From Bacteroidales bacterium (GTDB lineage: Bacteria > Bacteroidota > Bacteroidia > Bacteroidales > DTU049): 63,213 bases of DNA. The stretch spans positions 26,629 to 89,841 of the forward strand of contig DAOPKE010000002.1 of the NCBI GenBank assembly GCA_035390965.1. The letters run 5' to 3'. Position 1 is the stretch's first letter. Each line of letters starts with the position of its first letter. The translations under genes were made by a program, and so were the position numbers. Positions 1 through 10,202 of the stretch are shown here, one piece after another. The notes below the pieces were generated by a model. That model ran no database searches, was not told the origin of the DNA, and saw only the letters and a program-made list of their open reading frames with translations.

Positions 1-270
1 CTCAACCGTCTTGTTAAACTTATGACTGACCTGCCTACTCTTAAAATCGAAATCATGAGTCACACCGACAATATCGGATCCGATGCATATAATCTGGATC
101 TTTCCAATCGTCGCGCCGAATCAGTGGTATCGTTTTTGATAAAGTCCGGCATTTCAAAAGACCGATTGGTAGCCAAAGGTTATGGTGAATCACAGCCTGT
201 AGCTACAAACACCACCGATGAAGGACGTCAGGCCAATCGCCGTACTGAATTCCGGATTCTTAGCAAATAA
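1..270 (+). CDS. OmpA-family (OmpA_C, peptidoglycan-associated) protein, C-terminal fragment; the 5' end lies outside the window
   Basis: Frame 1 is open from base 1 to the TAA at 268-270. The translation carries the OmpA C-terminal signature (NLDLSNRRAESV ... GYGESQP ... NRRTEFRI). Confidence 0.85.
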   Translation, partial: LNRLVKLMTDLPTLKIEIMSHTDNIGSDAYNLDLSNRRAESVVSFLIKSGISKDRLVAKGYGESQPVATNTTDEGRQANRRTEFRILSK

Positions 271-322
271 CTGATTTGCTGAAAAAATGTATTTTTGTCA
301 AACGAAAGAAAATAAAGCTGTT

Positions 323-2503
323 ATGAAAAAGTTGTTTTTTGTTTTCCTGGCCGCCATTTTATCCATCTCAAAGGTCTCTGCCGATGAAGGAATGTGGCTT
401 CCGCTGCTGGTGGACCGGTTGAACTACACCGATATGCAGAAAATGGGGCTTCAGCTGACTGCTGAAGAGATTTACAGCATAAACCACGCAAGCCTCAAGG
501 ATGCCATTGTTTCGATGAACGATGGCATGTGCACCGCATTCATGGTTTCGAAGGAAGGTCTCATGATGACCAATCACCATTGCGGTCTGGAGTATATCAC
601 TGAAAATTCCATCAAGTACAATTCTGATTATGTTCAGAATGGCTTCTGGGCATTGGATAAAAAACAGGAGTTGTACAACCCCAACCTGAAAGCCACTTTC
701 CTGGTGCGCGTCGAAGATGTAAGCCAGAAAGTGCTGTCTCAGCTCAAGGAAACAATGACTCCGGCTGAACGTGAAGCCAAAGTAAATGAAATTTCAGCCA
801 AACTGGTAAGCGATGCAGTGAATGGATCACACTACGAAGGCGAAGTGAAATCCTTTTACAAAGGCAACGAGTTTTATCTCTTTATCTATGAGGTTTTCAG
901 AGATGTACGCCTGGTTGGTGCACCACCAATGGCACTTGGGAATTTTGGGGCCGACGCCGACAACTGGCTCTGGCCACGTCATACAGCAGACTTTGCTTTT
1001 TTCCGCATATACATGGGTCCCGATGGAAAACCATCACCGTATGACAAAAGAAAAAACATTCCCTATGTGCCCAAATATTATATTCCTGTTTCTACACAGG
1101 GTGTGAACGAGGGTGATTTCACCATGGTACTCGGATACCCGGGAACAACAGACCGCACCATGACTTCGAGCGGATTGAACCTAACACTCGAAACCATCAA
1201 TCCGTCCATCATCAAAATCCGTGATTCAAAATTGCGCCTTATGAAGGAAGATATGGACCGTGACCCATCTGTTCAGCTTATGTATCGTTCCAAGTACAAC
1301 CGTTCTTCGAATTACTGGAAATATTATATTGGTCAAATTGAAGTCTTGAAACGACTCAAAGCCATTGACCAGAAAAAACAAATGGAAGCAGACTTCACCA
1401 AATGGGTGAATGCCGACGCTTCACGCAAATCAATATATGGTAATGCCCTGGCCGCAATTGATCTGGCAACGACCGAAATTGGCAAATACCGCAAAGCAGT
1501 TATCTATTACAGGGAATGTGTTTTCAGAGGTCCTGAAATCATTTCTTTTGCCAATAAATTCGACTCGCTCTATTACTATCTCAACAAAACCGATATTCCC
1601 AAAGAACAGAAAGCCGCCAAGGTGGCCGACTTAAGCACCAAATTGAAATATTATGCATCCAATTATTATTTCAATGGTTACAATATTGATGTTGACAAAA
1701 AAATATTCATTGCCTTGCTTCGATTTATGAAAGATGATGTTGGCGCTGAATTTTATCCGACTGTTTTTGAGGAAGTAGATAAAAAATTCAAGGACAATTT
1801 TTCAATGTACGCGAATTTTGTATTTGAAAAATCAATTTTTTCAAGCAAAGAAATGGTGTATGAATTTCTCAGAGAACCCAATGCCAAAGTCCTTGAAAAA
1901 GACCCGGGTTTTATAGCCATGCTTTCATTCAACGAAAAATACGATCAGATAAAAGAACAGATTGCCGTAATTGAGCAAAAACTTGAAAACAGCGAACGTT
2001 TATACATGCATGGACTGATGAAAATGCTCGAAGGAAAGAAAAAATTCTATCCCGATGCCAATAGCACCATGCGCATCACTTATGGAAAAGTGACCAACTA
2101 TACTCCAACCGATGGTGTTGAAAAACCTTTCTACACTACACTTTCGGAACTTATTGCCCGCGAGGATGCCAAAAATCCGGACTTTATCGTTCCTGAAAAA
2201 CTGAAAGACCTTTACAACAGAAAAGAATATACGAATTACGCCAATGCTGCGGGTGATGTACCTGTTTGTTTTCTCACCGACTGTGATGTAACCGGCGGAA
2301 ATTCGGGTGCACCCATTCTCAATGCCAAAGGCGAACTGGTTGGTATTGTATTCGATATTAACTGGGAGGCAACAGCATCAAGTTTAAGCTATGTGCCGGA
2401 TCAGACCCGAACCATTTCTACAGATATCCGTTACATTCTTTTCCTGATTGAAAAATATGCCGAGGCCACAAACATCATTCAGGAACTTGACATCAGAAAA
2501 TAG
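323..2503 (+). CDS. Peptidase S46 family dipeptidyl-peptidase (DPP7/DPP11-like)
   Basis: ORF 287-2503. The internal ATG at 323 gives a signal peptide MKKLFFVFLAAILSISKVSA, followed by the family-typical mature N-terminus DEGMWLP. TNHHC (His) and GGNSGAP (Ser) chymotrypsin-fold motifs are present. Confidence 0.9.
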   Translation: MKKLFFVFLAAILSISKVSADEGMWLPLLVDRLNYTDMQKMGLQLTAEEIYSINHASLKDAIVSMNDGMCTAFMVSKEGLMMTNHHCGLEYITENSIKYNSDYVQNGFWALDKKQELYNPNLKATFLVRVEDVSQKVLSQLKETMTPAEREAKVNEISAKLVSDAVNGSHYEGEVKSFYKGNEFYLFIYEVFRDVRLVGAPPMALGNFGADADNWLWPRHTADFAFFRIYMGPDGKPSPYDKRKNIPYVPKYYIPVSTQGVNEGDFTMVLGYPGTTDRTMTSSGLNLTLETINPSIIKIRDSKLRLMKEDMDRDPSVQLMYRSKYNRSSNYWKYYIGQIEVLKRLKAIDQKKQMEADFTKWVNADASRKSIYGNALAAIDLATTEIGKYRKAVIYYRECVFRGPEIISFANKFDSLYYYLNKTDIPKEQKAAKVADLSTKLKYYASNYYFNGYNIDVDKKIFIALLRFMKDDVGAEFYPTVFEEVDKKFKDNFSMYANFVFEKSIFSSKEMVYEFLREPNAKVLEKDPGFIAMLSFNEKYDQIKEQIAVIEQKLENSERLYMHGLMKMLEGKKKFYPDANSTMRITYGKVTNYTPTDGVEKPFYTTLSELIAREDAKNPDFIVPEKLKDLYNRKEYTNYANAAGDVPVCFLTDCDVTGGNSGAPILNAKGELVGIVFDINWEATASSLSYVPDQTRTISTDIRYILFLIEKYAEATNIIQELDIRK

Positions 2504-2520
2504 AAAATATTAATTCCGAA

Positions 2521-2549
2521 TAGCTGCACTTCGTTGCAGCTATTTTTTT
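2521..2549 (+). terminator. Intrinsic terminator hairpin between convergent genes
   Basis: tagctgca-cttcgt-tgcagcta forms an 8-bp perfect stem followed by T7. The hairpin overlaps the stop codon of the minus-strand gene at 2540. Confidence 0.7.
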
Positions 2550-3085
2550 ACAATGGCATTAAAATCCGCATTGGTAAATGCTTTCACCCAATTACCAAAT
2601 GCCCCTGATTCTTCGTTTATGCGAAGCCGAAGCGCTGAACATATTTCATTTTTTAAATCCGGATAGCGCCTGCATATACTTTCAATCACCAACAATGCAT
2701 TGTGACGAACGGCCACGGGTTGCGCCTTATCGCAGGCAAAAGCAAAACAAACATCGTATAACAACCCGGTATCATTTTCATCCATTTCGTCAACATATCG
2801 CGAAAGCATGCGCAAAAACTGACGGCGAGGACCATCATTTTTAAAAACCGTAAGATGCCGGATGATTTTCGGAATCAACTGCCGGGCAAAGCCAGGTCTT
2901 AAATCATCTGCTTTTTCAATAACATTTGAAGCACGCATATCAAAAGGATATTCATCCGAAAAGGCCATTGTTTCAAAAATCTGCAACAACTCAGGTTTTT
3001 TCAACAATACATTGGCAGAATAATCTGCTGTTGCCCTGCAACTATCAAAAAGCATTTTTTTTATAACTTCAATCTGCTCATTCAT
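2540..3085 (-). CDS. Hypothetical all-helical protein (HEAT/ARM-like), immediately downstream of priA
   Basis: ORF 2540-3154. The ATG at 3085 (MNEQIEV) lies 1 nt after the priA stop at 3087-3089, so the longer ORF start would overlap priA. I recognise no catalytic motif. Confidence 0.65.
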   Translation of the reverse strand: MNEQIEVIKKMLFDSCRATADYSANVLLKKPELLQIFETMAFSDEYPFDMRASNVIEKADDLRPGFARQLIPKIIRHLTVFKNDGPRRQFLRMLSRYVDEMDENDTGLLYDVCFAFACDKAQPVAVRHNALLVIESICRRYPDLKNEICSALRLRINEESGAFGNWVKAFTNADFNAIVKK

Positions 3086-3086
3086 T

Positions 3087-5534
3087 TCACAAAGGATCAA
3101 CATCTGTAATAACACGCACACCCTTATTATCGGGATGCGCCAGCAGTTCGGCAATCTGGGCTGAAATCCATTTCTTGTATGAACCTAATTCCTTATTGCG
3201 CGGAAGTTTGATGAGAATATTTTTAATGTAAAAATTTTTGATTCTGGCTACCGGCGGAAACTCAGGGCCCAACAGTTGTTTTTCATTAAACTGTTTTTTC
3301 AAAAGCGCTTTCATCATCGCCGAGGCCTTATCAGCAACTGGCTTATCCTTATGCATCACAGAAAGACGAATGAGACGTACAAACGGCGGATACAGATAAT
3401 TCATGCGCGATTGCGTTTCCCGTTCCATAAAACCAACATAATTTCCTTCGGCAACAAAATTCACAATCGGATTATCCTTGTCGTAAACCTGTATGAAAAC
3501 CTTGCCGCCGGCATCACGCCGTCCCGCTCTGCCTGCCACCTGCATCATGGTCTGAAAAGCATGCTCATGTGATCTGAAATCAGGAAAGGCATGCAAATTA
3601 TCAGCATTCATAATGCCAACCACATCAACGCGACTGAAATCGAGACCTTTTGTAATCATCTGCGTACCAACCATTATATTAAACCGCCCCTCATCAAACC
3701 CCTTAAACATCTCCGACATGGCCTTTTTCCCCCGGGTGGTATCCATGTCCAATCGGGCAATCTTATAATCGGGAAACAAAATCTGCAATTCATCTTCGAT
3801 GCGCTGTGTACCCATTCCTTTCATGACAATCTGCGAGCTTTTGCATGCAGGACATTTGGATGGAACCCTGTCGGTATAGCCACAATAATGGCATTTAAGT
3901 AATTCCACATTTTTATGATATGTCATCGAGACATCGCAATTGCGACAAACCGGTGTCCATCCACATTCCTTACATTCAATCCAGGTGCTGTATCCACGCC
4001 GGTTTTGAAAAAGAATAACCTGCCGCTTATGCATGACGGCCTTCTTGACAGCTTCGTACAATTCTGGACTGAGTGGCCCAAGCATTTTTTTGCGGAAAGT
4101 TGCCTGCCGAATATCAATAACATGAACTTCAGGATAAACAGCAACACCAAAACGCTCCGAAAGCTCAACACGCGCATAAACTCCATTGGCAGCATTCACC
4201 CATGTTTCGAGTGAAGGCGTAGCAGACCCCAGAATAATGCCGGCACCAGTCATATGTGAAAGCATAACGGCGCAATCACGTGCATGATAGCGAGGTGCGG
4301 GATCCTGTTGCTTATAACTGGAATCATGTTCTTCATCAACAATAATAAGTCCGAGATTGCTGAATGGCATGAACAAAGCAGAACGCGCACCCAGAATGAG
4401 TTTCGGCTCACTTTTTTCAAGCACTTCGTTCCATATCTCTACTTTTTCCTGCGCATTGAAGCGCGAATGATAAACCAAAAGATCTTTGCCAAAATAAGCA
4501 CGCAAGCGGTCCACCATAAAATCAGTCAGTGCAATTTCGGGCAACAAATACAATACTTGTTTTCCCGCTGCCAGCATATCGCTGATGAAGCGAATATAAA
4601 TTTCAGTTTTCCCACTGCCTGTAACACCAAACAGCAACACTGGTTTATTCTGATCCAATGCAACCTTAACGTCGGAGTATGCATTATCCTGCGCTTCGGA
4701 AAGCTGAAACACAGGCGCAGGGCCATTATCAGATTTTTCATCAAGACGCGATACGATGCGTTCGGACTGAACAAGAATTTCTTTTTTGATTAAAGCCGTA
4801 ACAGCAGCAGCGCCTGCCACTTTATTCAATTCTGTGAACGAAACTACGTTTTGTCCACGAGCCAGATTGAAATACGTGAGCAATGCCCGAAACTGATTTT
4901 CTGATTTTTTTTCAAGCTTCACCATCAAAGCATTCAGTACGCCTTCGTTTTCATATTCAGCAGAAATGGCAACAAATTTTTGCTTCTTTGGCGTATAACG
5001 TTCCTCGAGTTCTTCGACCGGATGCAGCACTTTTTTATCGATGAGCGACTTGATTAAATGATGCACAGCCTGACGACCAGTAATGGCTTGAATATCAACG
5101 GATGTGAGCTTTTCGGCTTTCAGAGCGGCTTCCGCAATCATGTATTCATCATCGGACAACTGACTGAAATCATCATTAAAATCCGGATGAATGACATAAA
5201 TGGTATTGCTTTCTATCTTAAGTCCGGCTGGAATAGCAGCATTCATCACATCGCCCTGCGGACACATATAATACGAAGACATCCACTCCCAAAACTGCAG
5301 CTGGAGAGGATTTACAACAGGGAACACATCAAGTACATCGGAAATTTCCTTAATATTCATTTCCTCTCCCGGCTTCTGATCGGTAATGCGGGCGACAATA
5401 CCTGTAAAAAATTTCTTTGCGCCAAAATTCACCACAACACGCATACCAATCTCTACCTGAACTTTCAGATGATCTGGTATCTGATAAGTAAAATAACCTT
5501 TAAGGGGTAATGGCAAAATAATTTCGGCAAACAC
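3087..5534 (-). CDS. priA: Primosomal protein N' / replication restart helicase PriA
   Basis: 815 aa. N-terminus MFAEIILPLPL, Walker A GVTGSGKT, DEEH box VDEEHD, and a Cys-rich zinc cluster CKECGW..CRNC...CHYCGY...CPAC. Confidence 0.95.
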   Translation of the reverse strand: MFAEIILPLPLKGYFTYQIPDHLKVQVEIGMRVVVNFGAKKFFTGIVARITDQKPGEEMNIKEISDVLDVFPVVNPLQLQFWEWMSSYYMCPQGDVMNAAIPAGLKIESNTIYVIHPDFNDDFSQLSDDEYMIAEAALKAEKLTSVDIQAITGRQAVHHLIKSLIDKKVLHPVEELEERYTPKKQKFVAISAEYENEGVLNALMVKLEKKSENQFRALLTYFNLARGQNVVSFTELNKVAGAAAVTALIKKEILVQSERIVSRLDEKSDNGPAPVFQLSEAQDNAYSDVKVALDQNKPVLLFGVTGSGKTEIYIRFISDMLAAGKQVLYLLPEIALTDFMVDRLRAYFGKDLLVYHSRFNAQEKVEIWNEVLEKSEPKLILGARSALFMPFSNLGLIIVDEEHDSSYKQQDPAPRYHARDCAVMLSHMTGAGIILGSATPSLETWVNAANGVYARVELSERFGVAVYPEVHVIDIRQATFRKKMLGPLSPELYEAVKKAVMHKRQVILFQNRRGYSTWIECKECGWTPVCRNCDVSMTYHKNVELLKCHYCGYTDRVPSKCPACKSSQIVMKGMGTQRIEDELQILFPDYKIARLDMDTTRGKKAMSEMFKGFDEGRFNIMVGTQMITKGLDFSRVDVVGIMNADNLHAFPDFRSHEHAFQTMMQVAGRAGRRDAGGKVFIQVYDKDNPIVNFVAEGNYVGFMERETQSRMNYLYPPFVRLIRLSVMHKDKPVADKASAMMKALLKKQFNEKQLLGPEFPPVARIKNFYIKNILIKLPRNKELGSYKKWISAQIAELLAHPDNKGVRVITDVDPL

Positions 5535-5543
5535 GTAATGAAA

Positions 5544-6527
5544 TTAAACAGATAATATATGAATCATTTCTTTCAGATCGGTACGCACTTTATTGGTATG
5601 CTTTACAGCTTCACCAAACGGTGTTTCGACTACATCGCGTTTTATGATACCAACCATAACACCCGATTTGCCTGCCAGGAGTGCTTTTACAGCATGATAG
5701 CCATACTGGCTGGCATATACCCGATCCATGCACGAAGGCGAACCTCCGCGCTGAATATGACCCAAAACGGTTACACGGACATCATATTTGGGTAATCGTT
5801 TTTTCACCTGCTCTGCAACCACAAAGGCGCCACCGCTTTCATCACCTTCAGCAATCATGATGATTCCACTGGTTTTATTTCTACGACGCCCATTTTCGAG
5901 TTTATCAATCAATTCATCAATAGACGAAGATGTTTCAGGAATCAGAATATCTTCAGCACCAACAGCAATACCACTGCGCAAAGCGATGAAACCAGCATCA
6001 CGTCCCATTACTTCGATAAAGAAAAGCCGTTCGTGCGAATCAGCGGTATCGCGTATTTTATCAACAGCTTCGACAACCGTATTCAATGCGGTATCGTAAC
6101 CAATACAATTGTCGGTTCCGGCTAAGTCGTTGTCGATGGTTCCGGCAATTCCAATCACTTTAATGTCTTTGTATTGTGCCGTAAATTCATATGCACCCCG
6201 GAATGTTCCATCACCGCCTATAACAACCAATGCATCAATGCCAGCATGGCGCAAATTATTGTACGCGCGATCCATGCCTTCTTTGGTCATAAAATCCTTA
6301 CTGCGTGCGGTTTTCAACATAGTACCACCGCGCTGGATAATGTTGGCAACGCTTTTTGTTTCGAGTTCAATGAAATCGCCTTCCACCATTCCCTGATACC
6401 CACGCCGAATGCCGGTTACATGAAGACCATGAAAAATAGCTGTACGTGTTACCGCACGGATAGCGGCATTCATGCCCGGCGCATCGCCGCCTGAAGTGAG
6501 GACTCCGATTCGTTTAATCTCATTCAT
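5544..6527 (-). CDS. pfkA: ATP-dependent 6-phosphofructokinase
   Basis: 327 aa with the motifs GVLTSGGDAPGMNAAIR, GGDGT, TIDND and MGR. Confidence 0.95.
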   Translation of the reverse strand: MNEIKRIGVLTSGGDAPGMNAAIRAVTRTAIFHGLHVTGIRRGYQGMVEGDFIELETKSVANIIQRGGTMLKTARSKDFMTKEGMDRAYNNLRHAGIDALVVIGGDGTFRGAYEFTAQYKDIKVIGIAGTIDNDLAGTDNCIGYDTALNTVVEAVDKIRDTADSHERLFFIEVMGRDAGFIALRSGIAVGAEDILIPETSSSIDELIDKLENGRRRNKTSGIIMIAEGDESGGAFVVAEQVKKRLPKYDVRVTVLGHIQRGGSPSCMDRVYASQYGYHAVKALLAGKSGVMVGIIKRDVVETPFGEAVKHTNKVRTDLKEMIHILSV

Positions 6528-6608
6528 TCCTTTTCTGTTTTGCTAACTACAAAGGTAACAAAAGCGAAGGGAATAAAGAAATCGGATTGTAGAAAACAGC
6601 TGATGTTT

Positions 6609-7610
6609 TTATCCGGCAACGACAGCATGAATATACCCCGCCACCTCAGCAGCGGAAATTTCTCGCATACACGCACAATGAGCGGTTTTGCGGCAGTCCG
6701 AACATTCTTTATCCATAACAAATACTTTCGTGTTTTTTCCAATGGGCGCCCAACGACCGGGATGCATGGGGCGGATGGGTGGATACAGGCCGATGGCATG
6801 AATGCCGAGTGCAGCTGCAATATGCAGTGGCCCTGTACTGGTAGCTAAAAGCGCATTGCAATGCTGAACAAAAACAATCAGTTCACTTAAAGACAATTTA
6901 CCGGATAAATCGGTCACCTGTGGAAATGGCTCTGCAAGCTCGCTACGAAACAAAGCTCCTTCTTTTTCTGTACCGGTCAGAAAGATTTTGAATTTATCGG
7001 CTGGCAGCAGTTTCATCAGCTCCGCGAAGCGATCGATTCCCCATTCGCGCGCGCTGCCTCTGGAGCCCGGATGAAGAATCAGATTGAATTTACTTTTATC
7101 AATGAGTTCATTCAAATCAACTCTCAGTATGCTATTTGGCAACAACAACTGCATTGCGTTCAATTCATCCAATGAAGGGACATGAGAAATACCAATGCCT
7201 TTCAGCAATTCAAAATTCAATTGCGCTTCGTGTAAATCGGAATTCTTTCGGGTGAAACTGACTTTTCGGTTGCAGTTGCGCCAGTGAAAAATACGGTGAG
7301 ATGTTCCCACACGCAGCTGTATTCCGGCTTTGAGTGCGGCCTTTGCGATTTCCTTCCGCGGAAAAACATGAATAATGGCATCGGCATTCAACTTCCGGAG
7401 CGATTCTGCAGGATTATCCGACATATCATCCCAGCTAACAAACTCATCAACCTCAGAACAGCACTGCACAACAGCACTGGTATAATTACGTCCGAGAAAA
7501 ATAACAGTACAATCCTGAAAACGTTGTTTCAGAAAAACAGCCAGCGGCAATGTGAGAATTACATCGCCAATGGCATCGGTGCGGCTGATTATGATTCTTT
7601 TCAGGTTCAT
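6609..7610 (-). CDS. Glycosyltransferase family 9 (LPS heptosyltransferase-like)
   Basis: ORF 6609-7634; the likely start is MNLKRIIISRTDAIGD at 7610. The RTDAIGDVILTLP N-terminus and GPLHIAAALG C-terminal motif are typical of GT9. Confidence 0.8.
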   Translation of the reverse strand: MNLKRIIISRTDAIGDVILTLPLAVFLKQRFQDCTVIFLGRNYTSAVVQCCSEVDEFVSWDDMSDNPAESLRKLNADAIIHVFPRKEIAKAALKAGIQLRVGTSHRIFHWRNCNRKVSFTRKNSDLHEAQLNFELLKGIGISHVPSLDELNAMQLLLPNSILRVDLNELIDKSKFNLILHPGSRGSAREWGIDRFAELMKLLPADKFKIFLTGTEKEGALFRSELAEPFPQVTDLSGKLSLSELIVFVQHCNALLATSTGPLHIAAALGIHAIGLYPPIRPMHPGRWAPIGKNTKVFVMDKECSDCRKTAHCACMREISAAEVAGYIHAVVAG

Positions 7611-7953
7611 AAACGGAAACTCAAAAGTAATCAAATAACTTAAATTCCGAAATGTCTTTGCGAAATGAACGCATTAAAATTCACCAAGCACCTCTGAAAT
7701 CGCAGTTCCACGGAGTAAACTATGCAAAAACCGAAATAGGAAAACACAACTGCATTGTGTTTCATCAAATACAGCAAATTGGTTTCTGAAAGCTCGCTTT
7801 CAAACTCACTTTGCTGTATTTGATATCGGCTTTTGCATCGCCAATAACACTTTGTGCAACTTCGTGAGCACTTAATGTAACTTTGTGCTACAGGCTGTTT
7901 GAGGCATTCGCAACGCTGAGAGGTCGCTGCGCGACGCACTCAGGTTGCGTGAG

Positions 7954-8412
7954 TCAATCATTGAATTCGTCTTCGGAAAAATCGCCGGTACTTAATTCAG
8001 TATCTCTTTCAACCGCATTTTGGGTCGGGTACATTCCAAGATAAACCACAATCAGTAACGCAAGCATGAGTGCATAAATCCATGCTTTTTCAACAAAGAA
8101 TAACACGATGCTTATAGTCATTGCGGCATCGATAAAAGCCAGTCTGACAATAGCAACGGATAAATATGCCTTCATTCGTTCTTCTCTTGATTCTTTGGAG
8201 CGGACACTGTTGAGCATTATGCGTGGAACAATGAAAGAGCCCATGGCAGAGGTAACAACCAAAATCAATCCGATCAGAAACAAATCCGGATTTTCATCAT
8301 TCATCCAGATCAGGTCTTTGTCGATGTTTACAAAAAACACGATGACAAAAAAAACAAGTGCCTCAATAAGTATGGCAATGTGGATAATCCGCAGCGTTTT
8401 GAGCGATTTCAT
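7954..8412 (-). CDS. Hypothetical integral membrane protein (about 4 TM segments, acidic C-terminal tail)
   Basis: ORF 7954-8433. The ATG at 8412 (MKSLKTL) avoids overlap with the upstream gene, which ends at 8423. The sequence contains hydrophobic segments. Confidence 0.6.
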   Translation of the reverse strand: MKSLKTLRIIHIAILIEALVFFVIVFFVNIDKDLIWMNDENPDLFLIGLILVVTSAMGSFIVPRIMLNSVRSKESREERMKAYLSVAIVRLAFIDAAMTISIVLFFVEKAWIYALMLALLIVVYLGMYPTQNAVERDTELSTGDFSEDEFND

Positions 8413-8422
8413 TACGGCAGGA

Positions 8423-9988
8423 TTATGGCACAAGAACTTCGTAAGTATATGTCAGCACCTTTTTCTCGCCGCCTTTAATGCTCAGATCCCATTTGATTTC
8501 GGAAAGCGGATTTACCCCATAATACGAACCGGTTTTTTTACTCACGCCTGCATCCGAAGACTCTGTAACGGCAGCATATATGGTTTTGTCGACTTTCAGA
8601 TTTATGACTTTTTCCTGAAGATTCTCAATTTTAATTTCGCCTTTAATGACCACTTTTGCATATTTGGTTCTGTTGATTGTTGTATAGTTATCAGTGCGTG
8701 ATTGTTCCTCTTCGGTGTATGTGACCACAATGTCGCTCGAACGTGCAAGCTGCACGCTGGTTTCGCCTTTCACCGGCGTGTATTTAAGCTGATCCTGCGC
8801 AAGTGGCATCAGGTTTTCATCGAGCACAAAAACAGGACCTGTTGTAAATGGCTGTGTTGTTGCATTTGTCAGGCGCAAGCTATGAAAGACGGTCTGACGA
8901 TTCTTCTCGGTGTCCATCACATAGCGGTTTCCCTGATAATTCACCAGATCGCCGATGCTCACTTCGTAAATATCCTTGTACGTAGTATTCTGCGAAAAAA
9001 TCATCACCGATGTCTTGGTGTTTTTCGGCAACGTCACTTTTCCGCATTTGTAAAAATACAGGTCATTCGATTTTTCACCACCGGTGTTGTAGTTGTAATA
9101 ATTGTTGTAATCAACGCCACCCGCTGTTGATTCCGACATGGTCATATCGTCGGTCTGAACCTGATAGTTGTCGAACCGGGCATTCGAAAACTGATTATAA
9201 GCTGTGCCACCTGCACCCCAGCCATATCCGGTCAGGTATGATGTTGCAATGGGATCGAGCTGAGTACCATAATAAAAATTCGGACTACCTACAGTCAGCA
9301 CCAGATCGGTGTTTACAACATCATCTTCCATATTGTTTTCAACCGTTGCTTTTAATTCAAGCTGCACTTCCTTATCGTTCAGAATTTTGATGTTGTAGCA
9401 AGGAGTCCACTGAATACCGCTCTGCATATACGATACCCGCACAGGAACTGATCCGGACTGTTTGCTGAATGTTACAAATCCCCTACGCACAATGCTGTCA
9501 ACTTCTGCTTTTTCAATCGGATTTTCATCAAAAGAAATTTCTTTGATAAACGACGAAGAAATAAATGTAGTGCGGTTATCAGTGCCTTTCACTTTCAGCG
9601 TTGATGCCGATGTATTGAAGTCAGATAAAGTCCCTGACAGTTCTCGGATGTTCTTTTCATCAAGCATGTAAACCACGCGGAGTTTCTTACCCACATTGGC
9701 TTTGAGAAGTTCATTGTATGAAAAGAAATTTCGTTTGTTTTTCAGTGTGTCGTTTACAATACGGATTTGTTCAATTTTCACATCCTTGGTGGTCGATATC
9801 CAGTAAGTGCTGAGCAGCGGACCAGGCGGCACCATTACGGATGCTTCGTAATTCGAAATGCTGGCACTGCCTTCGCGCATGATAAAGTAAGTACCATTTT
9901 TAAACACGTTGAGCTGCGTGGGCACAGTAGTTTGTGCGCTTGCAACAATGGCTGCAAAAATGCACAGGACAAGAATACGGATTTTCAT
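8423..9988 (-). CDS. Secreted hypothetical protein (possibly DUF4139/DUF4140, MuiA-like family)
   Basis: 521 aa. Signal peptide MKIRILVLCIFAAIVASAQ, beta-rich composition and a C-terminal ...LTYTYEVLVP ending. The family assignment is from memory only. Confidence 0.7.
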   Translation of the reverse strand: MKIRILVLCIFAAIVASAQTTVPTQLNVFKNGTYFIMREGSASISNYEASVMVPPGPLLSTYWISTTKDVKIEQIRIVNDTLKNKRNFFSYNELLKANVGKKLRVVYMLDEKNIRELSGTLSDFNTSASTLKVKGTDNRTTFISSSFIKEISFDENPIEKAEVDSIVRRGFVTFSKQSGSVPVRVSYMQSGIQWTPCYNIKILNDKEVQLELKATVENNMEDDVVNTDLVLTVGSPNFYYGTQLDPIATSYLTGYGWGAGGTAYNQFSNARFDNYQVQTDDMTMSESTAGGVDYNNYYNYNTGGEKSNDLYFYKCGKVTLPKNTKTSVMIFSQNTTYKDIYEVSIGDLVNYQGNRYVMDTEKNRQTVFHSLRLTNATTQPFTTGPVFVLDENLMPLAQDQLKYTPVKGETSVQLARSSDIVVTYTEEEQSRTDNYTTINRTKYAKVVIKGEIKIENLQEKVINLKVDKTIYAAVTESSDAGVSKKTGSYYGVNPLSEIKWDLSIKGGEKKVLTYTYEVLVP

Positions 9989-10202
9989 GATTTTTATTTT
10001 ATGCTAAGATAATAAATCAAACAACTTCTATAAAATGAAAATCATAATAGAACCAGAAATTTTACAGAAAAAAGAATTGCCTGACCATGGCGTATTTCAG
10101 ACAAGACCAATATCCGTGAAAGCAACAATCATCAAAATCCTGACAAGAATTCAGCAATACAAAGTCATGGCAAGAGCCAAAGAAAAATCGTCGGATACCG
10201 TT

